A DNA stretch of 64,000 nucleotides from assembly GCA_964016885.1 (NCBI GenBank), contig OZ024748.1, positions 41,540,001 through 41,604,000 on the forward strand, read 5' to 3'. The position numbers and the translations under genes were made by a program. Positions 23,001 to 38,000 of this stretch are shown here, one piece after another. Each line of letters starts with the position of its first letter. Positions within the stretch are counted from its first letter, which is position 1. This stretch comes from Eledone cirrhosa. Lineage: Eukaryota. The notes under the pieces were generated by a model. It had not been told where the DNA came from, did no database searches, and was given only the letters and a program-made list of their open reading frames with translations.

Positions 23001-26000
23001 TAGTTACTGTTGTAGTTATTGTTGTAGTTACTGTTGTAGTTACTGTTGTAGTTGCTGTTGTAGTTACTGTTGTAGTTATTGTTGTAGTTATTGTTGTAGT
23101 TACTGTTGTAGTTGCTGTTGTAGTTACTGTTGTAGTTATTGTTGTAGTTATTGTTGTAGTTACTGTTGTAGTTATTGTTGTAGTTACTGTTGTAGTTACT
23201 GTTGTAGTTGCTGTTGTAGTTGCTGTTGTAGTTACTGTTGTAGTTACTGTTGTAGTTACTGTTGTAGTTACTGTTGTAGTTATTGTTGTTACTGCTGTTG
23301 CTGTTGTAGTTACTGTTGTAGTTGCTGTTGTAGTTACTGTTGTAGTTATTGTTGTAGTTACTGTTGTAGTTACTGTTGTAGTTACTGTTGTAGTTACTGT
23401 TGTAGTTACTGTTGTAGTTGATGTTATAGTTACTGTTGTAGTTACTGTTGTCGTTACTGTTGTAGTTACTGTTGTAGTTACTGTTGTAGTTACTGTTGTA
23501 GTTACTGTTGTAGTTACTGTTGTAGTTACTGTTGTAGTTACTGTTGTAGTTACTGTTGTAGTTATTGTTGTAGTTATTGTAGTTACTGTTGTAGTTATTG
23601 TTGTTACTGCTGTTGCTGTTGTAGTTACTGTTGTAGTTACTGTTGTAGTTACTGTTGTAGTTACTGTTGTAGTTACTGTTGTAGTTACTGTTGTAGTTAC
23701 TGTTGTAGTTACAGTTGTAGTTACTGTTGTAGTTACTGTTGTAGTTACTGTTGTAGTTACAGTTGTAGTTACTGTTGTAGTTACTGTTGTAGTTACTGTT
23801 GTAGTTACTGTTGTAGTTACTGTTGTAGTTGCTGTTGTAGTTACTGTTGTAGTTACTGTTGTAGTTATTGTTGTAGTTACTGTTGTAGTTACTGTTGTAG
23901 TTACTGTTGTAGTTATTGTTGTAGTTATTGTTGTAGTTGCTGTTGTAGTTGCTGTTGTAGTTGCTGTTGTAGTTACTGTTGTAGTTACTGTTGTTGTTAC
24001 TGTTGTAGTTACTGTTGTAGTTACTGTTGTAGTTACTGTTGTACTTATTGTTGTAGTTACTGTTGTAGTTACTGTTGTAGTTACGGTTGTAGTTACTGTT
24101 GTAGTCACTGTTGTAGTTACTGTTGTAGTTACTGTTGTAGTTACTGTTGTAGTTACTGTTGTAGTTACTGTTGTAGTTACTGTTGTAGTTATTGTTGTAG
24201 TTATTGTTGTAGTTGCTGTTGTATTTACTGTTGTAGTTGCTGTTGTAGTTACTGTTGTAGTTACTGTTGTAGTTACTGTTAGATGTTACTGTTGTAGTTA
24301 CTGTTGTAGTTGCTGTTGTAGTTATTGTTGTAGTTACTGTTAGATGTTACTGTTGTAGTTACTGTTGTAGTTACTGTTGAAGTACTGTTGTAGTTACTGT
24401 TGTAGTTACTGTTGTAGTTACTGTTGTAGTTGCTGTTGTAGTTACTGTTGTAGTTACTGTTGTAGTTATTGTTGTAGTTACTGTTGTAGTTACTGTTGTA
24501 GTTACTGTTGCAGTTGGTGTTGTAGTTACTGTTGTAGTTACTGTTGTAGTTGCTGTTGTAGCTACTGTTGTAGTTACTGTTGTAGTTATTGTTGTAGTTG
24601 CTGTTGTAGTTACTGTTGTAGTTACTGTTGTAGTTACTGTTGTAGTTACTGTTGTAGTTACTGTTGTAGTTGCTGTTGTAGTTACTGTTGTAGTTACTGT
24701 TGTAGTTACTGTTGTAGTTACTGTTGTAGTTGCTGTTGTAGCTACTGTTGTAGTTACTGTTGTAGTTATTGTTGTAGTTGCTGTTGTAGTTACTGTTGTA
24801 GTTACTGTTGTAGTTACTGTTGTAGTTACTGTTGTAGTTACTGTTGTAGTTACTGTTGTAGTTAATGTTGTAGTTGTTGTTGTAGTTACTGTTGTAGTTA
24901 CTGTTGTAGTTACTGTTGTAGTTACTGTTGTAGTTACTGTTGTAGTTGCTGTTGTAGTTGCTGTTGTAGTTACTGTTGTAGTTATTGTTGTTACTGCTGT
25001 TGCTGTTGTAGTTAATGTTGTAGTTGCTGTTGTAGTTACTGTTGTAGTTATTGTTGTTGTTATTGTTGTAGTTACTGTTGTAGTTGCTGTTGTAGTTACT
25101 GTTGTAGTTGCTGTTGTGGTTACTGTTGTAGTTACTGTTGTAGTTACTGTTGTAGTTACTGTTGTAGTTACTGTTGTAGTTACTGTTGTAGTTATTGTTG
25201 TAGTTACTGTTGTAGTTACTGTTGTAGTTACTGTTGTAGTTACTGTTGTAGTTACTGTTGTAGTTACTGTTGTAGTTACTGTTGTAGTTATTGTTGTAGT
25301 TATTGTTGTAGTTACTGTTGTAGTTACTGTTGTAGTTACTGTTGTAGTTACTGTTGTAGTTACTGTTGTAGTTACTGTTGTAGTTACTGTTGTAGTTACT
25401 GTTGTAGTTATTGTTGTAGTTATTGTTGTGGTTACTGTTGTAGTTACTGTTGTAGTTACTGTTGTAGTTACTGTTGTAGTTACTGTTGTAGTTATTGTTG
25501 TGGTTATTGTTGTAGTTACTGTTGTAGTTACTGTTGTAGTTACTGTTGTAGTTGCTGTTGTAGTTACTGTTGTATTTACTGTTGTAGTTGCTGTTGTAGT
25601 TACTGTTGTAGTTACTGTTGTAGTTACTGTTGTAGTTACTGTTGTAGCTACTGTTGTAGTTGCTGTTGTAGTTACTGTTGTAGTTACTGTTGTGGTTACT
25701 GTTGTAGTTACTGTTGTAGTTACTGTTGTAGTTATTGTTGTAGTTGCTGTTGTAGCTACTGTTGTAGTTGCTGTTGTAGTTACTGTTGTAGTTACTGTTG
25801 TGGTTACTTTTGTAGTTACTGTTGTAGTTACTGTTGTAGTTACTGTTGTAGTTGCTGTTGTAGCTACTGTTGTAGTTGCTGTTGTAGTTACTGTTGTAGT
25901 TACTGTTGTGGTTACTGTTGTAGTTACTGTTGTAGTTACTGTTGTAGTTATTGTTGTAGTTATTGTTGTAGTTACTGTTGTAGTTACTGTTGTAGTTACT

Positions 26001-29000
26001 GTTGTAGTTACTGTTGTAGTTACTGTTGTAGTCACTGTTGTAGTTACTGTTGTAGTTACTGTTGTAGTTACTGTTGTAGTTACTGTTGTAGTTACTGTTG
26101 GAGTTACTGTTGTAGTTACTGTTGTAGTTACTGTTGTAGTTACTGTTGTAGTTATTGTTGTAGTTATTGTTGTAGTTACTGTTGTAGTTGCTGTTGTAGT
26201 TACTGTTGTAGTTACTGTTGTAGTTGCTGTTGTAGTTACTGTTGTAGTTACTGTTGTAGTTACTGTTGTAGTTACTGTTGTAGTTACTGTTGTAGTTATT
26301 GTTGTAGTTACTGTTGTAGTTACTGTTGTAGTTACTGTTGTAGTTACTGTTGTAGTTACTGTTGTAGTTATTGTTGTAGTTATTGTTGTAGTTACTGTTG
26401 TAGTTGCTGTTGTAGTTACTGTTGTAGTTACTGTTGTAGTTACTGTTGTAGTTACTGTTGTAGTTATTGTTGTAGTTACTGTTGTAGTTACTGTTGTAGT
26501 TACTGTTGTAGTTTTTGTTGTAGTTATTGTTGTAGTTACTGTTGTAGTTACTGTTGTAGTTACTGTTGTAGTTATTGTTGTAGTTATTGTTGTAGTTACT
26601 GTTGTAGTTACTGTTGTAGTTACTGTTGTAGTTACTGTTGTAGTTATTGTTGTAGTTACTGTTGTAGTTACTGTTGTAGTTACTGTTGTAGTTACTGTTG
26701 TAGTTACTGTTGTAGTTATTGTTGTAGTTATTGTTGTAGTTACTGTTGTAGTTGCTGTTGTAGTTACTGTTGTAGTTACTGTTGTAGTTACTGTTGTAGT
26801 TACTGTTGTAGTTATTGTTGTAGTTACTGTTGTAGTTACTGTTGTAGTTACTGTTGTAGTTTTTGTTGTAGTTATTGTTGTAGTTACTGTTGTAGTTATT
26901 GTTGTAGTTATTGTTGTAGTTGCTGTTGTAGTTACTGTTGTAGTTACTGTTGTAGTTACTGTTGTAGTTACTGTTGTAATTACTGTTGTAGTTACTGTTG
27001 TAGTTTCTGTTGTAGTTACTGTTGTAGTTACTGTTGTAGTTATTGTTGTAGTTATTGTTGTAGTTGCTGTTGTAGTTACTGTTGTAGTTACTGTTGTAAT
27101 TACTGTTGTAGTTACTGTTGTAGTTACTGTTGTAGTTGCTGTTGTAGTTACTGTTGTAGTTACTGTTGTAGTTACTGTTGTAGTTACTGTTGTAGTTACT
27201 GTTGTAGTTACTGTTGTAGTTACTGTTGTAGTTACTGTTGTAGTTACTGTTGTAGTTACTGTTGTAGTTACTGTTGTAGTTACTGTTGTAGTTACTTTTG
27301 TAGTTGCTGTTGTAGTTACTGTTGTAGTTACTGTTGTAGTTACTGTTGTAGTTACTGTTGTAGTTACTGTTGTAGTTACTGTTGTAGTTATTGTTGTAGT
27401 TACTGTTGTAGTTACTGTTGTAGTTACTGTTGTAGTTACTGTTGTAGTTACTGTTGTAGTTGCTGTTGTAGTTACTGTTGTAGTTACTGTTGTAGTTACT
27501 GTTGTAGTTACTGTTGTAGTTACTGTTGTAGTTACTGTTGTAGTTGCTGTTGTAGTTACTGTTGTAGTTACTGTTGTAGTCACTGCTGTAGTTACTGTTG
27601 TAGTTACTGTTGTAGTTATTGTTGTAGTTACTGTTGTAGTTACTGTTGTAGTTACTGTTGTAGTTACTGTTGTAGTCACTGCTGTAGTTACTGTTGTAGT
27701 TACTGTTGTAGTTATTGTTGTAGTTACTGTTGTAGTTACTGTTGTAGTTACTGTTGTAGTTACTGTTGTAGTTACTGTTGTAGTTACTGTTGCAGTTATT
27801 GTTGTAGTTATTGTTGTAGTTGCTGTTGTAGTTACTGTTGTAGTTATTGTTGTTACTGCTGTAGTTACTGTTGTAGTTACTGTTGTAGTTACTGTTGTAG
27901 TTACTGTTGTAGTTACTGTTGTAGTTACTGTTGTAGTTATTGTTGTAGTTACTGTTGTAGTTACTGTTGTAGTTACTGTTGTAGTTACTGTTGTAGTTAC
28001 TGTTGTAGTTATTGTTGTAGTTATTGTTGTAGTTACTGTTGTAGTTGCTGTTGTAGTTACTGTTGTAGTTACTGTTGTAGTTACTGTTGTAGTTACTGTT
28101 GTAGTTATTGTTGTAGTTACTGTTGTAGTTACTGTTGTAGTTACTGTTGTAGTTTTTGTTGTAGTTATTGTTGTAGTTACTGTTGTAGTTACTGTTGTAG
28201 TTACTGTTGTAGTTATTGTTGTAGTTATTGTTGTAGTTACTGTTGTAGTTACTGTTGTAGTTACTGTTGTAGTTACTGTTGTAGTTATTGTTGTAGTTAC
28301 TGTTGTAGTTACTGTTGTAGTTACTGTTGTAGTTACTGTTGTAGTTACTGTTGTAGTTATTGTTGTAGTTATTGTTGTAGTTACTGTTGTAGTTGCTGTT
28401 GTAGTTACTGTTGTAGTTACTGTTGTAGTTACTGTTGTAGTTACTGTTGTAGTTATTGTTGTAGTTACTGTTGTAGTTACTGTTGTAGTTACTGTTGTAG
28501 TTTTTGTTGTAGTTATTGTTGTAGTTACTGTTGTAGTTATTGTTGTAGTTATTGTTGTAGTTGCTGTTGTAGTTACTGTTGTAGTTACTGTTGTAGTTAC
28601 TGTTGTAGTTACTGTTGTAATTACTGTTGTAGTTACTGTTGTAGTTTCTGTTGTAGTTACTGTTGTAGTTACTGTTGTAGTTATTGTTGTAGTTATTGTT
28701 GTAGTTGCTGTTGTAGTTACTGTTGTAGTTACTGTTGTAATTACTGTTGTAGTTACTGTTGTAGTTACTGTTGTAGTTGCTGTTGTAGTTACTGTTGTAG
28801 TTACTGTTGTAGTTACTGTTGTAGTTACTGTTGTAGTTACTGTTGTAGTTACTGTTGTAGTTACTGTTGTAGTTACTGTTGTAGTTACTGTTGTAGTTAC
28901 TGTTGTAGTTACTTTTGTAGTTGCTGTTGTAGTTACTGTTGTAGTTACTGTTGTAGTTACTGTTGTAGTTACTGTTGTAGTTACTGTTGTAGTTACTGTT

Positions 29001-32000
29001 GTAGTTATTGTTGTAGTTACTGTTGTAGTTACTGTTGTAGTTACTGTTGTAGTTACTGTTGTAGTTACTGTTGTAGTTGCTGTTGTAGTTACTGTTGTAG
29101 TTACTGTTGTAGTTACTGTTGTAGTTACTGTTGTAGTTACTGTTGTAGTTACTGTTGTAGTTGCTGTTGTAGTTACTGTTTTAGTTACTGTTGTAGTTAC
29201 TGTTGTAGTTACTGTTGTAGTTATTGTTGTAGTTACTGTTGTAGTTACTGTTGTAGTTACTGTTGTAGTTACTGTTGTAGTTACTGTTGTAGTTACTGTT
29301 GCAGTTATTGTTGTAGTTATTGTTGTAGTTGCTGTTGTAGTTACTGTTGTAGTTATTGTTGTTACTGCTGTAGTTACTGTTGTAGTTACTGTTGTAGTTA
29401 CTGTTGTAGTTACTGTTGTAGTTATTGTTGTAGTTATTGTTGTAGTTACTTTTGTAGTTACTGTTGTAGTTACTGTTGTAGTTACTGTTGTAGTTACTGT
29501 TGTAGTTACTGTTGTAGTTATTGTTGTAGTTACTGTTGTAGTTGCTGTTGTAGTTACTGTTGTAGTTACTGTTGTAGTTACTGTTGTAGTTACTGTTGTA
29601 GTTACTGTTGTAGTTGCTGTTGTAGCTACTGTTGTAGTTACTGTTGTAGTTATTGTTGTAGTTGCTGTTGTAGTTACTGTTGTAGTTATTGTTCTAGTTA
29701 TTGTTGTAGTTGCTGTTGTAGTTACTGTTGTAGTTGCTGTAGTAGTTACTGTTGTAGTTACTGTTGTAGTTACTGTTGTAGTTACTGTTGTAGTTACTGT
29801 TGTAGTTACTGTTGTAGTTACTGTTGTAGTTGCTGTTGTAGTTACTGGTGTAGTTATTGTTGTAGTTTTTGTTGTAGTTACTGTTGTAGTTACTGTTGTA
29901 GTTATTGTTGTTACTGCTGTAGTTACTGTTGTAGTTACTGTTGTAGTTACTGTTGTAGTTACTGTTGTAGTTATTGTTGTAGTTATTGTTGTAGTTACTG
30001 TTGTAGTTACTGTTGTAGTTACTGTTGTAGTTACTGTTGTAGTTACTGTTGTAGTTACTGTTGTAGTTACTGTTGTAGTTACTGTTGTAGTTACTGTTGT
30101 AGTTATTGTTGTAGTTACTGTTGTAGTTACTGTTGTAGTTACTGTTGTAGTTACTGTTGTAGTTACTGTTGTAGTTACTGTTGTAGTTACTGTTGTAGTT
30201 GCTGTTGTAGCTACTGTTTATAGTTGCTGTTGTAGTTACTGTTGTAGTTACTGTTGTGGTTACTGTTGTAGTTACTGTTGTAGTTACTGTTGTAGTTATT
30301 GTTGTAGTTATTGTTGTAGTTACTGTTGTAGTTACTGTTGTAGTTACTGTTGTAGTTACTGTTGTAGTTACTGTTGTAGTTACTGTTGTAGTCACTGTTG
30401 TAGTTACTGTTGTAGTTACTGTTGTAGTTACTGTTGGAGTTACTGTTGTAGTTACTGTTGTAGTTACTGTTGTAGTTACTGTTGTAGTTATTTTTGTAGT
30501 TACAGTTGTAGTTACTGTTGTAGTTACTGTTGTAGTTACTGTTGTAGTTATTGTTGTAGTTATTTTTGTAGTTACTGTTGTAGTTACTGTTGTAGTTATT
30601 GTTGTAGTTACTGTTGTAGTTACTGTTGTAGTTACTGTTGTAGTTACTGTTGTAGTTACTGTTGTAGTTACTGTTGTAGTTACTGTTGTAGTTATTGTTG
30701 TTACTGCTGTTGCTGTTGTAGTTGCTGTTGTAGTTACTGTTGTAGTTGCTGTTGTAGTTACTGTTGTAGTTACTGTTGTAGTTACTATTGTAGTTACTGT
30801 TGTAGTTACTGTTGTAGTTATTGTTGTAGTTATTGTTGTAGTTACCGTTGTAGTTACTGTTGTAGTTACTGTTGTAGTTACTGTTGTAGTTACTGTTGTA
30901 GTTACTGTTGTAGTTGCTGTTGTAGTTACTGGTGTAGTTATTGTTGTAGTTTTTGTTGTAGTTACTGTTGTAGTTACTGTTGTAGTTATTGTTGTTACTG
31001 CTGTAGTTACTGTTGTAGTTACTGTTGTAGTTACTGTTGTAGTTACTGTTGTAGTTATTGTTGTAGTTATTGTTGTAGTTACTGTTGTAGTTACTGTTGT
31101 AGTTACTGTTGTAGTTACTGTTGTAGTTACTGTTGTAGTTACTGTTGTAGTTACTGTTGTAGTTACTGTTGTAGTTATTGTTGTAGTTACTGTTGTAGTT
31201 ACTGTTGTAGTTACTGTTGTAGTTACTGTTGTAGTTACTGTTGTAGTTACTGTTGTAGTTACTGTTGTAGTTGCTGTTGTAGCTACTGTTGTAGTTGCTG
31301 TTGTAGTTACTGTTGTAGTTACTGTTGTGGTTACTGTTGTAGTTACTGTTGTAGTTACTGTTGTAGTTATTGTTGTAGTTATTGTTGTAGTTACTGTTGT
31401 AGTTACTGTTGTAGTTACTGTTGTAGTTACTGTTGTAATTACTGTTGTAGTTACAGTTGTAGTCACTGTTGTAGTTACTGTTGTAGTTACTGTTGTAGTT
31501 ACTGTTGGAGTTACTGTTGTAGTTACTGTTGTAGTTACTGTTGTAGTTACTGTTGTAGTTATTTTTGTAGTTACTGTTGTAGTTACTGTTGTAGTTACTG
31601 TTGTAGTTACTGTTGTAGTTATTGTTGTAGTTATTTTTGTAGTTACTGTTGTAGTTACTGTTGTAGTTATTGTTGTAGTTACTGTTGTAGTTACTGTTGT
31701 AGTTACTGTTGTAGTTACTGTTGTAGTTACTGTTGTAGTTACTGTTGTAGTTACTGTTGTAGTTATTGTTGTTACTGCTGTTGCTGTTGTAGTTGCTGTT
31801 GTAGTTACTGTTGTAGTTGCTGTTGTAGTTACTGTTGTAGTTACTGTTGTAGTTACTGTTGTAGTTACTGTTGTAGTTACTGTTGTAGTTACTATTGTAG
31901 TTACTGTTGTAGTTACTGTTGTAGTTATTGTTGCAGTTACTGTTGTAGTTACTGTTGTAGTTACTGTTGTAGTTACTGTTGTAGTTACTGTTGTAGTTAT

Positions 32001-35000
32001 TGTTGTAGTTATTGTTGTAGTTACTGTTGTAGTTACTGTTGTAGTTGCTGTTGTAGTTACTGTTGTAGTTGCTGTTGTAGTTACTGTTGTAGTTACTGTT
32101 GTAGTTACTGTTGTAGTTACTGTTGTAGTTACAGTTGTAGTCACTGTTGTAGTTACTGTTGTAGTTACTGTTGTAGTTACTGTTGGAGTTACTGTTGTAG
32201 TTACTGTTGTAGTTACTGTTGTAGTTACTGTTGTAGTTATTTTTGTAGTTACTGTTGTAGTTACTGTTGTAGTTACTGTTGTAGTTACTGTTGTAGTTAT
32301 TGTTGTAGTTATTTTTGTAGTTACTGTTGTAGTTACTGTTGTAGTTATTGTTGTAGTTACTGTTGTAGTTACTGTTGTAGTTACTGTTGTAGTTACTGTT
32401 GTAGTTACTGTTGTAGTTGCTGTTGTAGTTACTGTTGTAGTTACTGTTGTAGTTACTGTTGTAGTTACTGTTGTAGTTACTGTTGTAGTTACTGTTGTAG
32501 TTGCTGTTGTAGTTACTGTTGTAGTTACTGTTGTAGTCACTGCTGTAGTTACTGTTGTAGTTACTGTTGTAGTTATTGTTGTAGTTACTGTTGTAGTTAC
32601 TGTTGTAGTTACTGTTGTAGTTACTGTTGTAGTCACTGCTGTAGTTACTGTTGTAGTTACTGTTGTAGTTATTGTTGTAGTTACTGTTGTAGTTACTGTT
32701 GTAGTTACTGTTGTAGTTACTGTTGTAGTTACTGTTGTAGTTACTGTTGCAGTTATTGTTGTAGTTATTGTTGTAGTTGCTGTTGTAGTTACTGTTGTAG
32801 TTATTGTTGTTACTGCTGTAGTTACTGTTGTAGTTACTGTTGTAGTTACTGTTGTAGTTACTGTTGTAGTTATTGTTGTAGTTATTGTTGTAGTTACTTT
32901 TGTAGTTACTGTTGTAGTTACTGTTGTAGTTACTGTTGTAGTTACTGTTGTAGTTACTGTTGTAGTTATTGTTGTAGTTACTGTTGTAGTTGCTGTTGTA
33001 GTTACTGTTGTAGTTACTGTTGTAGTTATTGTTGTAGTTACTGTTGTAGTTACTGTTGTAGTTACTGTTGTAGTTACTGTTGTAGTTGCTGTTGTAGCTA
33101 CTGTTGTAGTTACTGTTGTAGTTATTGTTGTAGTTGCTGTTGTAGTTACTGTTGTAGTTATTGTTCTAGTTATTGTTGTAGTTGCTGTTGTAGTTACTGT
33201 TGTAGTTGCTGTAGCAGTTACTGTTGTAGTTACTGTTGTAGTTACTGTTGTAGTTACTGTTGTAGTTACTGTTGTAGTTACTGTTGTAGTTACTGTTGTA
33301 GTTGCTGTTGTAGTTACTGGTGTAGTTATTGTTGTAGTTTTTGTTGTAGTTACTGTTGTAGTTACTGTTGTAGTTATTGTTGTTACTGCTGTAGTTACTG
33401 TTGTAGTTACTGTTGTAGTTACTGTTGTAGTTACTGTTGTAGTTATTGTTGTAGTTATTGTTGTAGTTACTGTTGTAGTTACTGTTGTAGTTACTGTTGT
33501 AGTTACTGTTGTAGTTACTGTTGTAGTTACTGTTGTAGTTACTGTTGTAGTTACTGTTGTAGTTATTGTTGTAGTTACTGTTGTAGTTACTGTTGTAGTT
33601 ACTGTTGTAGTTACTGTTGTAGTTACTGTTGTAGTTACTGTTGTAGTTGCTGTTGTAGCTACTGTTGTAGTTGCTGTTGTAGTTACTGTTGTAGTTACTG
33701 TTGTGGTTACTGTTGTAGTTACTGTTGTAGTTACTGTTGTAGTTATTGTTGTAGTTATTGTTGTAGTTACTGTTGTAGTTACTGTTGTAGTTACTGTTGT
33801 AGTTACTGTTGTAGTTACTGTTGTAGTTACTGTTGTAGTCACTGTTGTAGTTACTGTTGTAGTTACTGTTGTAGTTACTGTTGGAGTTACTGTTGTAGTT
33901 ACTGTTGTAGTTACTGTTGTAGTTACTGTTGTAGTTATTTTTGTAGTTACTGTTGTAGTTACTGTTGTAGTTACTGTTGTAGTTACTGTTGTAGTTATTG
34001 TTGTAGTTATTTTTGTAGTTACTGTTGTAGTTACTGTTGTAGTTATTGTTGTAGTTACTGTTGTAGTTACTGTTGTAGTTACTGTTGTAGTTACTGTTGT
34101 AGTTACTGTTGTAGTTACTGTTGTAGTTACTGTTGTAGTTATTGTTGTTACTGCTGTTGCTGTTGTAGTTGCTGTTGTAGTTACTGTTGTAGTTGCTGTT
34201 GTAGTTACTGTTGTAGTTACTGTTGTAGTTACTATTGTAGTTACTGTTGTAGTTACTGTTGTAGTTATTGTTGTAGTTATTGTTGTAGTTACTGTTGTAG
34301 TTACTGTTGTAGTTACTGTTGTAGTTACTGTTGTAGTTACTGTTGTAGTTACTGTTGTAGTTGCTGTTGTAGTTACTGGTGTAGTTATTGTTGTAGTTTT
34401 TGTTGTAGTTACTGTTGTAGTTACTGTTGTAGTTATTGTTGTTACTGCTGTAGTTACTGTTGTAGTTACTGTTGTAGTTACTGTTGTAGTTACTGTTGTA
34501 GTTATTGTTGTAGTTATTGTTGTAGTTACTGTTGTAGTTACTGTTGTAGTTACTGTTGTAGTTACTGTTGTAGTTACTGTTGTAGTTACTGTTGTAGTTA
34601 CTGTTGTAGTTACTGTTGTAGTTACTGTTGTAGTTATTGTTGTAGTTACTGTTGTAGTTACTGTTGTAGTTACTGTTGTAGTTACTGTTGTAGTTACTGT
34701 TGTAGTTACTGTTGTAGTTACTGTTGTAGTTGCTGTTGTAGCTACTGTTGTAGTTACTGTTGTGGTTACTGTTGTAGTTACTGTTGTAGTTACTGTTGTA
34801 GTTATTGTTGTAGTTATTGTTGTAGTTACTGTTGTAGTTACTGTTGTAGTTACTGTTGTAGTTACTGTTGTAGTTACTGTTGTAGTTACTGTTGTAGTTA
34901 CAGTTGTAGTCACTGTTGTAGTTACTGTTGTAGTTACTGTTGTAGTTACTGTTGGAGTTACTGTTGTAGTTATTTTTGTAGTTACTGTTGTAGTTACTGT

Positions 35001-38000
35001 TGTAGTTACTGTTGTAGTTACTGTTGTAGTTATTGTTGTAGTTATTTTTGTAGTTACTGTTGTAGTTACTGTTGTAGTTATTGTTGTAGTTACTGTTGTA
35101 GTTACTGTTGTAGTTACTGTTGTAGTTACTGTTGTAGTTATTGTTGTAGTTACTGTTGTAGTTACTGTTGTAGTTATTGTTGTTACTGCTGTTGCTGTTG
35201 TAGTTGCTGTTGTAGTTACTGTTGTAGTTGCTGTTGTAGTTACTGTTGTAGTTACTGTTGTAGTTACTGTTGTAGTTACTGTTGTAGTTACTGTTGTAGT
35301 TACTATTGTAGTTACTGTTGTAGTTACTGTTGTAGTTATTGTTGCAGTTACTGTTGTAGTTACTGTTGTAGTTACTGTTGTAGTTACTGTTGTAGTTACT
35401 GTTGTAGTTATTGTTGTAGTTATTGTTGTAGTTACTGTTGTAGTTACTGTTGTAGTTGCTGTTGTAGTTACTGTTGTAGTTGCTGTTGTAGTTACTGTTG
35501 TAGTTATTGTTGTAGTTACTGTTGTAGTTGCTGTTGTAGTTACTGTTGTAGTTACTGTTGTAGTTATTGTTGTAGTTACTGTTGTAGTTACTGTTGTAGT
35601 TACTGTTGTAGTTACTGTTGTAGTTGCTGTTGTAGCTACTGTTGTAGTTACTGTTGTAGTTATTGTTGTAGTTGCTGTTGTAGTTACTGTTGTAGTTATT
35701 GTTCTAGTTATTGTTGTAGTTGCTGTTGTAGTTACTGTTGTAGTTGCTGTAGCAGTTACTGTTGTAGTTACTGTTGTAGTTACTGTTGTAGTTACTGTTG
35801 TAGTTACTGTTGTAGTTACTGTTGTAGTTACTGTTGTAGTTGCTGTTGTAGTTACTGGTGTAGTTATTGTTGTAGTTTTTGTTGTAGTTACTGTTGTAGT
35901 TACTGTTGTAGTTATTGTTGTTACTGCTGTAGTTACTGTTGTAGTTACTGTTGTAGTTACTGTTGTAGTTACTGTTGTAGTTATTGTTGTAGTTATTGTT
36001 GTAGTTACTGTTGTAGTTACTGTTGTAGTTACTGTTGTAGTTACTGTTGTAGTTACTGTTGTAGTTACTGTTGTAGTTACTGTTGTAGTTACTGTTGTAG
36101 TTACTGTTGTAGTTATTGTTGTAGTTACTGTTGTAGTTACTGTTGTAGTTACTGTTGTAGTTACTGTTGTAGTTACTGTTGTAGTTACTGTTGTAGTTGC
36201 TGTTGTAGCTACTGTTGTAGTTGCTGTTGTAGTTACTGTTGTAGTTACTGTTGTGGTTACTGTTGTAGTTACTGTTGTAGTTACTGTTGTAGTTATTGTT
36301 GTAGTTATTGTTGTAGTTACTGTTGTAGTTACTGTTGTAGTTACTGTTGTAGTTACTGTTGTAGTTACTGTTGTAGTTACTGTTGTAGTCACTGTTGTAG
36401 TTACTGTTGTAGTTACTGTTGTAGTTACTGTTGGAGTTACTGTTGTAGTTACTGTTGTAGTTACTGTTGTAGTTACTGTTGTAGTTATTTTTGTAGTTAC
36501 TGTTGTAGTTACTGTTGTAGTTACTGTTGTAGTTACTGTTGTAGTTATTGTTGTAGTTATTTTTGTAGTTACTGTTGTAGTTACTGTTGTAGTTATTGTT
36601 GTAGTTACTGTTGTAGTTACTGTTGTAGTTACTGTTGTAGTTACTGTTGTAGTTACTGTTGTAGTTACTGTTGTAGTTACTGTTGTAGTTATTGTTGTTA
36701 CTGCTGTTGCTGTTGTAGTTGCTGTTGTAGTTACTGTTGTAGTTGCTGTTGTAGTTACTGTTGTAGTTACTGTTGTAGTTACTATTGTAGTTACTGTTGT
36801 AGTTACTGTTGTAGTTATTGTTGTAGTTATTGTTGTAGTTACTGTTGTAGTTACTGTTGTAGTTACTGTTGTAGTTACTGTTGTAGTTACTGTTGTAGTT
36901 ACTGTTGTAGTTGCTGTTGTAGTTACTGGTGTAGTTATTGTTGTAGTTTTTGTTGTAGTTACTGTTGTAGTTACTGTTGTAGTTATTGTTGTTACTGCTG
37001 TAGTTACTGTTGTAGTTACTGTTGTAGTTACTGTTGTAGTTACTGTTGTAGTTATTGTTGTAGTTATTGTTGTAGTTACTGTTGTAGTTACTGTTGTAGT
37101 TACTGTTGTAGTTACTGTTGTAGTTACTGTTGTAGTTACTGTTGTAGTTACTGTTGTAGTTACCGTTGTAGTTACTGTTGTAGTTATTGTTGTAGTTACT
37201 GTTGTAGTTACTGTTGTAGTTACTGTTGTAGTTACTGTTGTAGTTACTGTTGTAGTTACTGTTGTAGTTACTGTTGTAGTTGCTGTTGTAGCTACTGTTG
37301 TAGTTGCTGTTGTAGTTACTGTTGTAGTTACTGTTGTGGTTACTGTTGTAGTTACTGTTGTAGTTACTGTTGTAGTTATTGTTGTAGTTATTGTTGTAGT
37401 TACTGTTGTAGTTACTGTTGTAGTTACTGTTGTAGTTACTGTTGTAGTTACTGTTGTAGTTACAGTTGTAGTCACTGTTGTAGTTACTGTTGTAGTTACT
37501 GTTGTAGTTACTGTTGGAGTTACTGTTGTAGTTACTGTTGTAGTTACTGTTGTAGTTACTGTTGTAGTTATTTTTGTAGTTACTGTTGTAGTTACTGTTG
37601 TAGTTACTGTTGTAGTTACTGTTGTAGTTATTGTTGTAGTTATTTTTGTAGTTACTGTTGTAGTTACTGTTGTAGTTATTGTTGTAGTTACTGTTGTAGT
37701 TACTGTTGTAGTTACTGTTGTAGTTACTGTTGTAGTTATTGTTGTAGTTACTGTTGTAGTTACTGTTGTAGTTATTGTTGTTACTGCTGTTGCTGTTGTA
37801 GTTGCTGTTGTAGTTACTGTTGTAGTTGCTGTTGTAGTTACTGTTGTAGTTACTGTTGTAGTTACTGTTGTAGTTACTGTTGTAGTTACTGTTGTAGTTA
37901 CTATTGTAGTTACTGTTGTAGTTACTGTTGTAGTTATTGTTGCAGTTACTGTTGTAGTTACTGTTGTAGTTACTGTTGTAGTTACTGTTGTAGTTACTGT